Assembly: GCA_964270895.1 (NCBI GenBank)
Contig: OZ185439.1
Strand: one strand, 5' to 3'
Source: Podarcis filfolensis
Lineage: Eukaryota
Length of the DNA stretch: 64,000 nt
The position numbers were made by a program, and so were the translations under genes. This document shows, one piece after another, positions 35,212 to 49,109 of the stretch (the first letter of the stretch is position 1; every line of letters begins with the position of its first letter). A model generated the notes under the pieces. The model was not told the DNA's origin. It saw only the letters and a list, made by a program, of their open reading frames with translations, and searched no databases.

Positions 35212-38200
35212 GTGTAGAGGATAGGTGACATTTTGGAATCTGAGTGGATTCAAAAGCCAAGATCTTGAGCCGCCCCATACAGCAGAGCAGAGATATCAGC
35301 CTCTGTAATAATGCGCCTCCAGGAAGAATCTCGTGTTTCTTTTGATGGAATATGCAATTTCTCCCCAACGATCTGTGTAAAAGCTTAAAAAGGAGGGAAA
35401 GGGGGGGTAGGTTTGGGCTGAAAAGAGACATTTGCAAAGGAAAAAGTTTTCGGAAAAGTACATAACCTTCAGTTGATGTTTGTAGGCCTTGCTTTTTGGA
35501 AGATGTGTTGTTTAGATCAGAGGTGTAGAATTGGTGGCCTTCCAGATAGTGTTGGACTCCCAAGTCTCATATAGTATATCCCAATTTACTGCTGGGGTTG
35601 CCAAATTCCATTTGGAAAGGGATTCCTGTGCCTTTCATGGCTGCAAACAAAAGAGCATTTTGCCAAATAATGCTTCTGCCACCACTGCAATGTAGTGGCG
35701 AAGAAGCCGCCCAACGTCTCTACCTGTATCAGATTGGAGGTAGAAGATTTCCGGAAGCCACCTAATCCAGTCCGATAGGACCTAACCTCTGCTACCTGTG
35801 TACAGTCCAGGCTAGAGTAATCCACAGAAAGAGAGCAAGTGCACTGCAGAAATATACCTACAGTTCATGTGGCCCTAGTGAGTGAGACAAGTCACATGCT
35901 ACAAGCAGGGCTGTGTGCACACTGTGGTCCCACTGTTGCACCATGTTGGCATGGCTGAAGAAATCATCACCTTGGGAATCTTTGTTTTCTTTGCTTTAAC
36001 GTAAGATTAACCAACCCTTGTAAATTGCATGGTTTTCAGAAACAATGTAACTCTGTGCGAGCTAGATTTGTGAGAAACACTTTGAAGCGCCACATATGTA
36101 GAGATTTGTGGCTATGCTTAGCATCCAAAGGGCTTCTTCAGAAGTTCTGCAAATAGACCTTCCCAGAGTCGCTCGACTGTCCAAAGAAAAGAGCCATGTG
36201 GAGCAAGCAGTGCCTGAACCACACATCACTGGATGCAGCCACTCATTCGTGGCAGCAGTGGAGTGGTACTTTATAGTAAGCATTAACATGAGCGTGACAG
36301 GTGAAAGGAAAATGCAACTATACTCAGGAATGCGCTAGGCCAAATTGTGTGTCCTCTGTGTGGCTTGGGGATAACAGAATGAAGCAGTATTAGTATTATT
36401 ATTTGTATCTCTTAGAGTGTGGTATTTTGGAAATACAGGAAGCCGTAACACCTATCTTTATGGGGGGAAACTGTGTCACCTGATCACTACCATACTGTGA
36501 GCCATTTGTTCCTTTTAATAGAAAACACATTTGGTAGTGGACTGTGTTAACTGGAGTTCCAATATGGTCCCAATTTTTGGTGTGTGTGCCCCCACCCCAA
36601 ATCGTCTCTTGGAAACTCCTGTGGAGGTCTGCTGGTATTTAGTTATTAATCATGTAAAAATGGTTTAATGTCAGGTGAAATGTTAATTATTCTAGTCTTG
36701 TTCACAAGGCACTGTGGCTTCCTCCCAGGAGATATTGTTTTGTCCTTTATTTCCACTGCAAGAACTATATGATTCAACGTGTTTCCCACCCTTCTTGAGT
36801 ATTTTTTTCATTCCTTGCAGACATTTGCAGATTAGGTGTCTAAGCAACTGGGCCTGTGAGATATTAACAGGAAGGCTTGGTTTCCTACCAGGACTATAAC
36901 TAACCTTGCTGTATGAATCTGAGCCCTTTTGCTATATACCATTTGGTTACCAGGCAAAGTTATATAACCTGGTGAAAGCTGATCAAGAAGGGGTTCACTA
37001 GAAATTATGCTCTGCTCATTTTAAAGAGTGACTTCAAAGTGTTGCATGTAGAATTTTCCCTCCGAGCTCAAGGATCCAAAACAGTAACTTCCTTGCACAT
37101 TTGATTATTTAATGGACAAAAGAAATTCTAGAAATTACAACTGATTTGTAAAGGACCAGCATTAGATGGAAAAAAAATTGGCATTTGTAGGATTTAAGAC
37201 ATTGTGACTGCTGAAATTCAAGATGAGCAAGATTTGGAGCTCCTTTAGAATTTCTGGATCTGGCATTTTCTGAAATGGAAAATTAATTTCCAAATGTAGG
37301 CACAATTTTGGTTCAGCACTCTTGGATTGTTGACAAATAACACATTTGAAGGCCATGGTGTTTTTGAAAACACACACACACCTGTGTTGAATGGCTTCTA
37401 AAGAGGAGTGACTATAATGGGATTAACCAGAATGAGGGCACAGGATACACGATCAACTATTTCCATAGCAGTCCTTTTTTATTTTTAGCTTATTTTTAGC
37501 ACCATTAGGTTAATCTTGGTGTTATAATTAGCACAGTTGCATTCCACATCACATTCATGGGAAACACCATGAGAATAACATGCAGAAACTTCTGAGAATA
37601 AACCAAAATCTCTACCTTTTCACACAGTACAAAACTGATCTGTGGGCCTTGCTCCCATCAGTGATGTGTATATTTTCCATTGCTCCCTCAAGAAGTTCAA
37701 GGCAATATATGTGGATTTATTCCATTTTTATCTCTCAGCAACTGTGTGGGGATAAACAGTGGGTTAAAGCCAGAGAAGCTGTAAGAAGAAACTCCTTCAT
37801 TGGACGAACCTTCTCTGGATCTAACAGTGATTGGTGCAAAGTCACTGGATGGTATCCAACTTGTGTTTCTTGTCTATTGACCTCAGTGAGTCTACACTGA
37901 GTATGATTCATGTTGGATATCACCCTTTCAATTTTAACTTTTAAAAATTATTTATTTAAACATACATGCACAGTTGTCAGATGCCTAAGGAACAAGTTAC
38001 CTAGGCTCATGACTTGAGTTGGGACTTGAACACAGATTTCCCAGAGCCACAGCAATACATGAGTTCTTCTTCATATGGCGCTTTCACAGCGCTTTAAATT
38101 GTGAAGCAATTTGAAAGGGATTCGGTTGCAGCCCTATGCACTAAAGATGGGAGAAACTTCTGCTCTCCAGATCTTGATGAATTTCCAACTCCCATCAGCC

Positions 38201-38647
38201 CAGACCGGCACGGCTAGTGGTTAGGAGTGATGGCAGCTGTATTTCGACTACTTCTGGAGTGCCACAGAGCTTCTTATCCCAGCCTATACTTTCTGTAGCA
38301 CATGCCTAACAACCGTTTGTGTGTTCTAAGCAGATGAAGGTCCATTTTGCTTTGGCCCACTTGCTTTTCCTCAAAGGTCCCACAGATTGTTGCCAGACAT
38401 GGATGTTGAGGTCTTCTGTGTATTTCTGCCAGACCTACAGGGAATTTTCCTGTCATGTGCCTGGGCCTTTTTGGTGTCGCACTACATGTGTGTATGAGTT
38501 GGGGTTTGACAGAGAAAAGCAAGCTACTTTGGTCTCCAGGGAGGGACAGGTAAGCTGGATGCTATCTCTGCTTCCCTTGCAAGCAGTTGCTTTGAATGCC
38601 TGGAAAGCACCCCTGTCTGGGGTTAGGAGGAACGTAAGGGGTTTGGT

Positions 38648-38998
38648 GGGACGCGGGTGGCGCTGTGGGTTAAACCACAGAGCCTAGGGCTTGCCGATCA
38701 GAAGGTCGGCGGTTCGGATCCCTGCAACGGGGTGAGCTCCCGTTGCTCGGTCCCTGCTCCTGCCAACCTAGCAGTTCGAAAGCACATCAAAGTGCAAGTA
38801 GATAAATAGGTACCGCTCCGGTGGGAAGGTAAACGGCGTTTCCGTGTGCTGCTGTGGTTCGCCAGAAGTGGCTTAGTCATGGTGGCCACATGACCCAGAA
38901 GCTGTACGCCAGCTCCCTCGGCCAATAAAGCGAGATGAGCGCTGCAACCCCAGAGTCAGTCACGACTGGACCTAATGGTCAGGGGTCCCTTTACCTTT
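38648..38998 (+). mobile_element. Full-length Sauria SINE (Podarcis POM-type), young
   Basis: GGGACGCGGGTGGCGCTGTGGG head with A box, B box GGTTCGGATCC, and Bov-B-like tail ending CCTTTACCTTT. The direct repeat TAAGGGGTTTGGTGG at 38635-38649 and 38998-39012 is the TSD. CpGs are retained. Confidence 0.95.
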
Positions 38999-40772
38999 AA
39001 GGGGTTTGGTGGCGGCTGCCTGAGTGCTTAAGAGGGCACCACCGACCTACTCAGATGGGGAAAAGGGGAGTAAAAAAGGTTCTTTATCCCTTCTATTACA
39101 AGAGGCATAATACAGTCACCTTGTTTAATATAAAGTTCACCTCTCCCCTCTTGAGGAGAGTATCAGCTGAAGAAGTATGTAAATAGATCAGGTGTGGCAG
39201 TTGTTTTCCTGGGTGTGTAGAGATTAGGGATGTGAAGGGGGTGGAAAAATTGGGAAGGGGGTCCTCCCCATTCTTCCAGGTTTTTTCCTGGGTTTCATGC
39301 CTCTAGTAGTGATATTTGCAGTGTGTTTGCATTGGGAGACAAGCCTTTGAAAGGGGTACACATAGCTTTGAATTTAAAGGTGTGAATGGACATGTCTGGA
39401 GGGAATGGGGTACAAGATGTTCCTATATTAGTAGCCGGAGGAAGGCAGGGAAATTCCTTCAGGCCTGCTCTTATCTTGTTTTGGTCCTTGTTTTGGTTAC
39501 GTGGCCAACCTGTATTTAGTTTAGTCTCTGGAAAGGGGATTTTGAGGGTGTGTTTGTAGCCTGCTTTCGTGCCACAAAAGACTGAAAGTGAAAGGGCAGG
39601 ATCTCAAGGGCATTTTATTTCTTGATTTCATATGTTCCAGGACTGAACTTTGTCTCCAATTAAACCCTGATTGTTCCAGTAGCTACACTGGCACAAATGT
39701 TTTGGATTCAAGTAAATCGCTCGAGAAAATGGGGAAGAGGCTTCCCTTTCTGGTTCTATTGCTGCTTCTCTATTTTTAGCTGCAGTTTTTCTTCTTCTTA
39801 CTCTTTTCCGTGTTTAACCAAACACCTTAAGTTAGTTGCTGTGTTTTAATTTTTACATTGCTTATTTTGTTGACTTGATTTCAGAGTTTCTTTACTTAGA
39901 AGCTCTGGCTGAAAGGGTGTGCAGCCTTTTAAGTAAATAAACTATTTCAATGCAGCTTATCTCTTAATCGGCTGGAACTACTGAATGGGGAGGAAAATTA
40001 AACGGCAGCTTCCATCAAGGAGGAGAAAACAGTGCTTTCCATTTGGCTCCATTATTTTTTTTTTTAAGCAAAAAGTATGAAAGCCTTCAAAAAGCTTTCT
40101 AAACTGTGGTAGCCGAGTCTGTTTCCGAACGGTGTTGCCAGCTGTGTATTTCCTGAGAGTAAGGTCATGTGTTTTTGCATTTGTATTTGACAGCCTGCAC
40201 CTATGAGCAGAGTTACCGAGGACTGGCAGAAAGCCACAGCCGTGTTACTGTGCCTGGCTCAAGGGTTTGGAGCACTTATGTAACACTATAGCAAAGGAAA
40301 TACAGTCTCCATCCATCCCCAGCCCTTCGCTGGCTTTCCATTTCTGGTTTTGTTACTTAGCAAAATCTTGGGTTTCGTCCTTTCTCTGCTAGAGAACAAA
40401 CTGCCCAATAGGAACCTGCATCGAAACAGCAGCAACCAATGGAAGGGTGGCTGGGAGGGGGGTGGAAAGGAGAGAGAAAGATTTGATTGTCTTTTGGGTT
40501 AAGGATGAAGCAAACCCGTCAAGTCATATGATGGCTTTACAAGATAAGCATATGACCTGGGAATTGTTTATGGAAGGATGCTCCTGCTTGCTTTCCTGCT
40601 CTCTCTCTGAACATGCAGAATTTATGCAGATGCCTCTTATTACTTGGCCCCAAAATGATACTCTTGCAATGATTTATTAATACAGGCTTGGCTGCTTGTC
40701 TCCAGCCATTATTTTTCTCCTAAACGATGCCTCCCTCCTCTGCATTTTTGTAGAATACAATTTAACTCTGTA

Positions 40773-40777
<5 letters not shown>

Positions 40778-40812
<35 letters not shown>
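40778..40812. repeat. (CA)n microsatellite
   Basis: Read directly. Confidence 0.95.
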
Positions 40813-40816
<4 letters not shown>

Positions 40817-43479
40817 TTATTTCTTGAAAATGCGCTTTGTGTGTTTTTGTGTGTGCGGTTTGTTTTTTATCCTGTAGCCATTGTGTAACAAATCCAGACA
40901 GGAACATTTCCTTTCCTCTTCTCTGCCCCTATTCAAGCAAATATGCTTTCTGATTTGAGGATTGAGTTAGGCTTGTGATTGAGAGAAAAAAACTTTGTTC
41001 CCTTTAGGGACATTTCTCCCCTTTTAAAAGAATAAGGCTTTTAAGTGCGTCATTGCAAGACACGCTTGGTGTTAAGCCACATGGTACCTTAGCAGAATGT
41101 GACTGGGTTCTCTTAAGATTGTGCATGCCAAACCAGCAACATTGTGTGTTCTATGCAGCTGACCCAGTTATGGGGGAGGGGGGATAGATTGTTTAAAAAG
41201 AGCTGAATATGTCACCTTAGTTTTTGTGGTCCTACTACTTCCTGCATGTGGAATTTTGCAATACAGCCTTGGGGATATCTTTAGCCTTAAGAAAGTATGA
41301 GAGGGTCTCTGCCCCCCCTCTTTTGTTTCTTGTGTAAAAATGGCTGCTGCTACGACTTCTAATAAATAATAAATAAATAATATGTGCAAATGATTCCTGA
41401 ATTAAGTCCCTTTTGGTTTGCATTAATTGAATTGGTCCAAAGATATATTTAAGCTAGCAATCTTTGCCTACTTGGGTAAATACAAAATCATTCCTTTCCT
41501 TGCCTCCTTGCCTGCATCAACCTATTGTGTATCAGAAAAAAATGGGTTTTTCTAGAGCCTTTTTAGTGTAACTCTTTCTTCCTTTTGCAGATAAATGGTT
41601 AAACATTGAGCTGCAAAATAGGAAGGAAAATGCAAGTGACATTCCATATAATCTGAGGGTAAAAATGATTGCAAGTATTTGTGTCCATGTATTTTGTGGT
41701 CAGATATGCCCTGTTGGTATCTTATGACCCTTAACTGGAAATCCCTGGGGGTTGTATCTAGCTAAATTATACTTTGTGAGTAGACCCATTGAAATCAGTA
41801 GGCCTAAATGAGTCATGTCCATTAATTTCAGTGGATCTGTTCCAAGTATGACTTACATTGGATGCAAATCCCAGGTTTGGGGATGGAGGTTATCCCTCTC
41901 CTGCCCTCTCCCATGTGAGGATAGGAGGTGAACATTGGGTGAAGATTCATACATTACAAGCAGCTTCATGGAAAAGCATGGGAAACACTTCCACATAGCA
42001 GTGGCTCCGGGCAGCAGTTATAATGTGGCATCAGTGCTGCCTCATGAAACCACCAATACATGGGAATGCCACTTCTATGAGATGGTCATAATGTACAAAT
42101 CTGTCCGAATACATGGAAAAGGCTTCTCACAGGGATCATTCTGAATAAGGAAAGAGCCTCCACACTGGGTTCTGACGCCACTGGGAATATGGTGTGGTAG
42201 TGTGGGGGGGGGGAACCTTGTTGTGACTGGTTCTTGTGCAATATTGCTGCTCGTGGAGCTATCACTGTGAGTAAACATTTCCACCAGCACTAATGTGGTA
42301 GCTTTAGTAGGAATCCCTATCTTAATTGTGGTGGTGCACAAAGACCTCATATTCTGGTGTTTAAAACCAGTAAAAAAGTGCTCCCTGAATTGCCCCCTCA
42401 GTGTTCTAGCCCTGATCTGCAGGGAATCTACAATTATCATTCATAAACTTCGAGTTTTGGCAGGATTTCTGCCGTCACTGTGCCCAAGAGGCAGAGGAGG
42501 CAGTGTCTGGCCCTGCATGTGCGTGGTACAGTAGGGCTCCAGAGCTATGCAGTAAATGCTCATAAAAATAGGCTTCCTCCCTGAGCATTATATAATCAGA
42601 GGGAGTGATGTCATTTGTAACTGTGGAGAGTATCTCTGAAATTGCAGCCCTCCGCAGATGGGCGACTGCTCACCGAGTGAGAGGAGGAAAAGGAGACCCG
42701 TCCAACTGTGGTGTGACACACTGCAGTGTGGGGTTTTATGGCTTGAGAGAAGGAGAAAGCACAGGCTGGCAGGGTGAACAATCTGTCTTTTAACATGCAC
42801 TCGTGTGCTTGTCGCATAAGCTTTGTTCAAGGGAAATATGAAATTACATCCATGTGCACCCACTTAAGGAATGTCGGTGGGTGTAGGCTTTTCTCATGCC
42901 TGCCTGTGAAGGTGAGCCTCCCAAAACATACTGGATCTCATCCACCTTTGCATCAGATCAGCCTAATCCAGCCAGGATCTCTGCCTCTTTCATTTTGAAT
43001 GGATCTTGCATGTGTACTCTTATGGCTAGCCAGCAGTTTTCTGTTGAGAGATGTAGAAGCTGCAGAACTCCAGACTCTGTATCTACATAGCAGAGTTGAA
43101 TTTGACCCATGTTTGCAGGAGTCTTCTCTTGTGTTTTAACATGTTAAAACTACTTGTGGCCTGTTTTGAGAATGCAAAGCACCTTCCTTTATTAGGTCAG
43201 TGTGAACATGGAAGCTGGCCTCATTCATTCCTCCCACACTGTTCTCCTTCATAATGATACCTTTCAGTGCTACAAAAAGCGGTGTGCTTCGAAACTGGTA
43301 CTTCCTGTCTCTGCAAAGGGCCTTGTGTCAGTCATTTTTGCCCAATAAAAATCAGGAGTGTGGTTGATAGGCTACCAGGTCAACCTTGGTGCTTGCTTGT
43401 TTATACCAGTACAAAAGGTGTGTCAATCTGCTGCCAGACAAATATGACCTGAAAGAGTTGTGTGTTGTTGTTTTTAAAA

Positions 43480-43790
43480 GAGAATTTATATACCACATAG
43501 CATTTTTGGAACATTCTCTTAAGTGGTTTGCAAATATATAGAATTTAAAATCAAAATACAGTAAAATATACAAATAAAGATCAAAGTACAGTAATTGCAT
43601 TGTAAAAGTTTCGTCACTTAAATGAACAAATCGGCAACTGAACATGGTAACCTGCTCAAGCATCAGAATGAGGCCTGAGTAACACACAATCAAGTTTTCG
43701 GATATGTTTGAAGCATCTTGGGGGAGAGTTTTCCAGAGGGTTGGGGCTACACTTGAAAAGGGCTCTTTTTGTAAGGTTTCCAGATGGCAA
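43480..43790 (-). mobile_element. L2-clade LINE 3' fragment
   Basis: ORF 43352..43795(-) contains PFSSVAPTLWKTLP, followed by an AT-rich tail. Confidence 0.65.
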
Positions 43791-46042
43791 TCCACAGTCT
43801 CTGATGACTGTAAAGGTCAAGTTGGGCTATTGTAGGAAAGGCTATCTGCTGGGTATTCGGATCTCTAGTTGTTTAGAGATTTATGTGCCCGTAACAAAAC
43901 CTTGAAACTGGCTCAGTAGCAGATAAGCAGCCAGTGCAGATCCCTAAGCACTGGTGTCATATCTGTAGAACTAGCCATACCATTTGGTATTTTAGCTGCT
44001 GCATTCTTTGCTCACTGCAGCTTCCAAACCAAGTGAAAGGGAAGCCCCACATAGAACAGGTTGCAGTAATCTAAGTGTGAAAGTTGCAGTTATTGGGGAT
44101 TAATATGACTGTACTGATGCCCCTCCCTCAAAAGAAAAGGTGGGAAGTTTCCACATTTCTCCCCTCTTCTGCTGGAATAATCTATGCATGTGTTTTAATC
44201 TGAAACCAGGTTCTCTTGATAAGTAGTGGAGCTTTACAGTTCCTAGCTCCTCTCTCAGGGAACCTTCAACAAAGACGCCCCCAAGTTAGATCTGCTTTCC
44301 TTCCTATCATAAACTGCATCAAGTATTTGGTTCTTTTGCCTGGGCACCTTTGGTATGTATTTTAAATAAGGGTGCCTGTTGCTCTGCGAAAGTCCTGTTG
44401 TAGACTAAGGTCTAAGTGCCCCTGCTAGACGTCATTGAATAAGGGACATTTGGTGGGTGGGGAAGCTGGTAACTTTGATATCAAAGCTTGGCCTGATAGG
44501 TCATCTGCTTGTGAAGCATCCTGTTCTGCAGGATTTATTGTGATACTAAGCAGCACATGGTCAACTCCCATCCTGCTTGGATTGCAGGATGCGCAAAAGC
44601 CAGTTGGTGCGTACTTTGCCTGTCCATTTAGGAGCATTTCAGGAAACATCTACGTAGGTCACACGGTTTAGATACAGAGAGGAAATGATTCTCCAACATG
44701 TTGCAGAGGACGTTATCTGCAGAACGTTGCCTTTGTTCTGACTCAGCGCACAAGCCTACCACCTGGATATGAAATTCACCAGTTCTTTGCACTGGTTCTA
44801 ACTCCCAATACTGAACATCTAAAAATTCATCCTTACGTCTCCTGCAGACTATGGATTCATCCACATCTACCACTTGGAATTAATTGCTTAAAATATAATG
44901 GTAGTCTAGATTATCTAAATGTGCAAGGCTGATAAAATGCAGAGACGGGAAGCCACCCTATTATGTACAGAAAGCTTTTCTGAATTTAAAGGCACTGCTT
45001 TAGATTTGAGGAAATATTTTCACCCCTGGTGTCTGGGCAAGATATTGTGTTATGTCAGCATAACCTGCATATTAAGAGCTGGTAAAGTTGACTCCTAATG
45101 CTATGGGAGGTAATTACCCAGCAAAAGGGCAAATATTGAGAGGTGATGAAATGTGTTACCTGGTAACTATCATGTTCTGCATTTTGACTATCTCTGAAGG
45201 AAAACAGGAAACCACCTTTTACCGAATCAAAACTTTGGTGCACTTGGTTCAATATACTCTACACAGACTGGCAGCAACCCTCTAGATTTTTCTCCAGAAT
45301 TCTTTTCTCTCTGATTCTTTTTGTGGAGATGTTGGGAAGTGAGCTTGGGATCTTTGCTATGCAAAGCCTCTGCTCTTCTAGTGAGGCCCTGAAGCTGAAT
45401 GCATGGATTCCTCTCTCTCTTAAGTCCATGAATCAGAGCCACTTCTGAGTAGACAGTTTATAGCCATGAGAAATACGCACATATCATGTCGAGTACAAAG
45501 AGCAAGATCCTTTCATTTATTTACAGTATTTGTATGGCACTTTTCTGGCAGACCTCACAAAGCGGCTTACGGAAGATTATTACAACAATAAGCGCCTGCT
45601 TTTTAAAGAAGGGTTACAAAAAGTGGAAAAGACAACCTGTTTGTTTAGAAGAAGCTGTTGGTGTTTTTTCTCCCCTCCCCTCAGGGCAGGTGGTCCCTTC
45701 AGATGCCCCCGTGGTGACTGTTCCAAGTTTTTAAAAGTTTTACACAGCTTAGGACCCAGTGTTGGATCATCTTTTCCACCCAGTCACTGAGTTTGCTGTC
45801 TTAAAGCTCTCATTTGGGTGCTTCTACCTTTGGAGGCAAGGCAGTGACCTGGAGAGAGCCATCTCTGAACTCTTTCCCCAGGAAGTTTCACCTACATCAT
45901 GGTCATTTTGACAGCAATCAAATACCTTTTTATTCCTCCAAGCCTTTTTAAAACCTTGGAAGCCACTGTGAGAGCTTTATCTGCTGTTTTGTACTATACA
46001 TCATCAGCTGGTTTTTTTGTCATTCCTTTGGAGCTTTTTTAT

Positions 46043-46049
46043 AACAACA

Positions 46050-46087
<38 letters not shown>

Positions 46088-46090
46088 AAC
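46043..46090. repeat. (AAC)n(TAC)n microsatellite
   Basis: Read directly; source of the poly-Y/poly-T ORFs. Confidence 0.95.
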
Positions 46091-47957
46091 TGTGATCCAC
46101 TCTGTGTGCCCCTTTTGTGTCAAAGATGTGGGTTATGCGTCCTGTCAACCTAGTTCAACCTTCATAACCCTCAATTTCATGTCACCCTTCTTCAGTGCTG
46201 CCAGACAAGGGGACTTGTTTCTGCATAACAATTAAAGCAATGTAATTAGTTTACCCATAGTTATACTGTGCCCTCAAGTCATACGATGATCTTATATTGC
46301 TGCAGTGAGATGGCTGGACAAATCTGAGTGTATTTGCATAAACAGTCCTACATGGACCTCCCCTAATTTGAATTAGTCACTACCCTTCAAGTCCAGCAAA
46401 GCCCTCCTAAGGCATTTGCAAGTGCACCTGTTGCTGGGGTGAGAACCATTAACTTGTGTCAACTCCCTGTGTCAACCAGCAGCTGTCAATATAATTTTGT
46501 TATCTGAGTTGCGGGGCCCTCTTGATTGGCAGCATGGGTGAAGTGCTAAATAGTTTTCTTTTTCCATTTTAGGAAAGATACGAAACCCGGGGCAAGAAAT
46601 GGAAGGTGTTTAGTATGCATTGTTCTCTTCCAGAGTTTTTAAAGGTTTTATTTATTTTTTTACGTGTTAAAAAACAAATCCAGCAAAGACAAAGTCAGAG
46701 CCTTGGGGCTGTTTTTCCAAGTGAATTACAGCCTTTTGTGAAGAGTTTTTTTGGAATACGAACACTGACAGGCTGTCCTCTTTAGTGGGTGCTACTCTTC
46801 CTCTGACAGTTCATCAGCCAAACCCCTGACCCCACCACCCTTAATCATCCTTGCTTGTCAGTGATATAATTGTGCGATTACCAACACCTCCCCCCTCCTG
46901 GACTCCTTTCAGATTACTAACAATAGTGCATGTGAAATACAAAATGTAAATGAAGCACCCAGACTAATTTTTCGGCCTTCATTCAGATGGACTCAGCTTG
47001 CATTCCCCTCCTTTGTCTATGAACATGACTGATGAAGGCTTTCAGGAACTCGGGAGGCCTTCAGTGTAAACGGAGAGGCTGACGTCATGGTGTTATCGAT
47101 TTGGGGATTTCACTTTCAGTCGCAGGCTGTGAATGAGCATTGGGGAGATTTCTTCAGGAGAGGGACGCAAGAACAAACGGCTACCAACTCTACCTTTATT
47201 GGTTTAGTTCAGAAGATGGGCATTTTGGCCATTGTTGAGGAGTGTTCTGCATCATCTTAAAAACGGTTCGGGGGGGAATATAACTTGTCTTCACCTTGCC
47301 TCCCTGTTTCGTATCCTATTTGAAATTCAGGTTTTTAGCTGAAGAAACTGGCTCTTTTGCATATATTCCTTTAAAGCACCATGTATGTGGGTGGCGCTGT
47401 ATTAAATATTTTGATGGGAGTGTTTAATAAAATAATTTTGCATATTGAATTCAAAATGAGCTCTAACTTAATTCTGTGTGTTCAGTGCCTCCTCACTTCA
47501 CCTCAGTGTAGTCTGCATGGTCTTATCAGGGTCAGGAAGGTCTTTATTTTGACCTGAGAATGGATAGATGTGCTTTTTATCTAGTGAGGTGCTGGGAACA
47601 GCCACAACTGGAGATATGATGAAGGACTTTTCCCAGGGAACGGGGGTCCAAATAAGTAAACATATGCACATATATACCTAGAATCCAAGGCTACCATTTG
47701 TAGTAGAACCGTGACTGAGCAGCAGTGAGGCCTGGGTAGACCTGACTTCTGAGAAACGTGTATTCCAGATCCAGTCCTCTATTGCTTTCCATGAGTGACT
47801 TGGCGTCCAGACAGCTTCTTTCCACCTCTAGCTGTAACCCTGAATTCTCTCCCTGGCTCCCTTCACCGCTTTTAGCCCTACAATAAACTTTGCAGCCCCC
47901 TCCATCATCGTGTTTCCTGAAAGTGGGGGAGTTCAGGGAAGTTTTTAATGCCTGATA

Positions 47958-48122
47958 CAGTAGTACCTCTGGTTATGTAAACTTTGGAACGCAAAAGTGG
48001 CAAACCCAGAAGTATTTTACTGGGTTTAGCCACATACGCAGAAATGGTCCTCCAGTTGTGAAAACCTCTGGATCCGGCCGGACCTCTGGAACGGATCCCA
48101 TCCACAACCAGAGGTACCACTG
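47958..48122. mobile_element. pogo/Tigger-like MITE (165 bp)
   Basis: TA TSDs. TIRs CAGTAGTACCTCTGGTT / AACCAGAGGTACCACTG. Confidence 0.88.
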
Positions 48123-49109
48123 TATTTTATAGGAAAGTGCAGTTTGCTCTTATTTAAATGAATAACTGTTCATGTGCACCTGTCTTTGCCCTTTGCCTTT
48201 GTTTCTCAAGTAGAAGCCCAGTGCCAGGTGAACTATAATTCAAGATATCTGGATCGTTTTCTATGGGGCTAGTAGTGATTTCTCCCTGCTTCAGGGAAGA
48301 CCATGCTAGAAGACTTGAAAAGGATGTGGTCCTTTGTATCTAAGGGTGTCCTGACAACCAGTGTTTGTGTCAGTTGTGATTTTAAAGCTGGATTTGTCAA
48401 ATGTGTGGTGTGTGGGTTGGCTGTGAGTGATTGTTTAGGAGTTCCAGCTGGTACAAAAAATGCACCAGCCTGTCTCTTGTCTCCTGACAGAAGTGGGTCA
48501 CTAGCAGTATGTTACACTCATGCTTTGGCATCTGCAGTGGTTCCTCATTCGCTTCTGATCACGATTCAAGGCTTTTTTATGTTAGTTTAGGCCTAGTGTA
48601 CTCCTGTGTTCACTGAAATCTTTGTGGTTGACCAAGAAACGCCTCTTGACTCTGCCATTCATTCTAGTGTTGAAGGGAAGCAGAATTACCCATAGCTGTA
48701 TTGCTTTATTCCCTCGAAGATTACAAAAAACCTCAAGCCTTATCTTTTAGCAAGCGTTAAAAAGGGTTTTTTTGTTTTTGTTTTTTTTCTGTTTTGTTTT
48801 TGCTCATTGGGCCTAAGCCAATCAAGGTTAGATTTTTTGGTAGATGCTGTTGTAGTGTAATATTTACTTTGATTTAGGCTCCTGTTACCTGTCCTGTAGT
48901 ATACCGAGTATTTTAAAGAATGCAAATTAGCAGTCAATCATGAGTCTGATATGCAGTTGTATTTCGAGTTAGCTAGTCTGGTATTGATGTGCTAATATTC
49001 ATCAGGACCTTGACTTGTGGATCTGCATTTGTCCAGGGTATGGCATGCTATATTTTATTGAGGAGAGATGGTTTCAGTTTGCATCCTTGCCATGGACTCA
49101 TCTGTAGTA

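Noticed and set aside
38648-38730. tRNA gene
   Set aside because: The tRNA-like A/B boxes are the head of a SINE; there is no cloverleaf and it continues into a LINE-derived tail with a TSD.
45899-46235. Poly-Tyr and poly-Thr ORFs
   Set aside because: Microsatellite artefacts.
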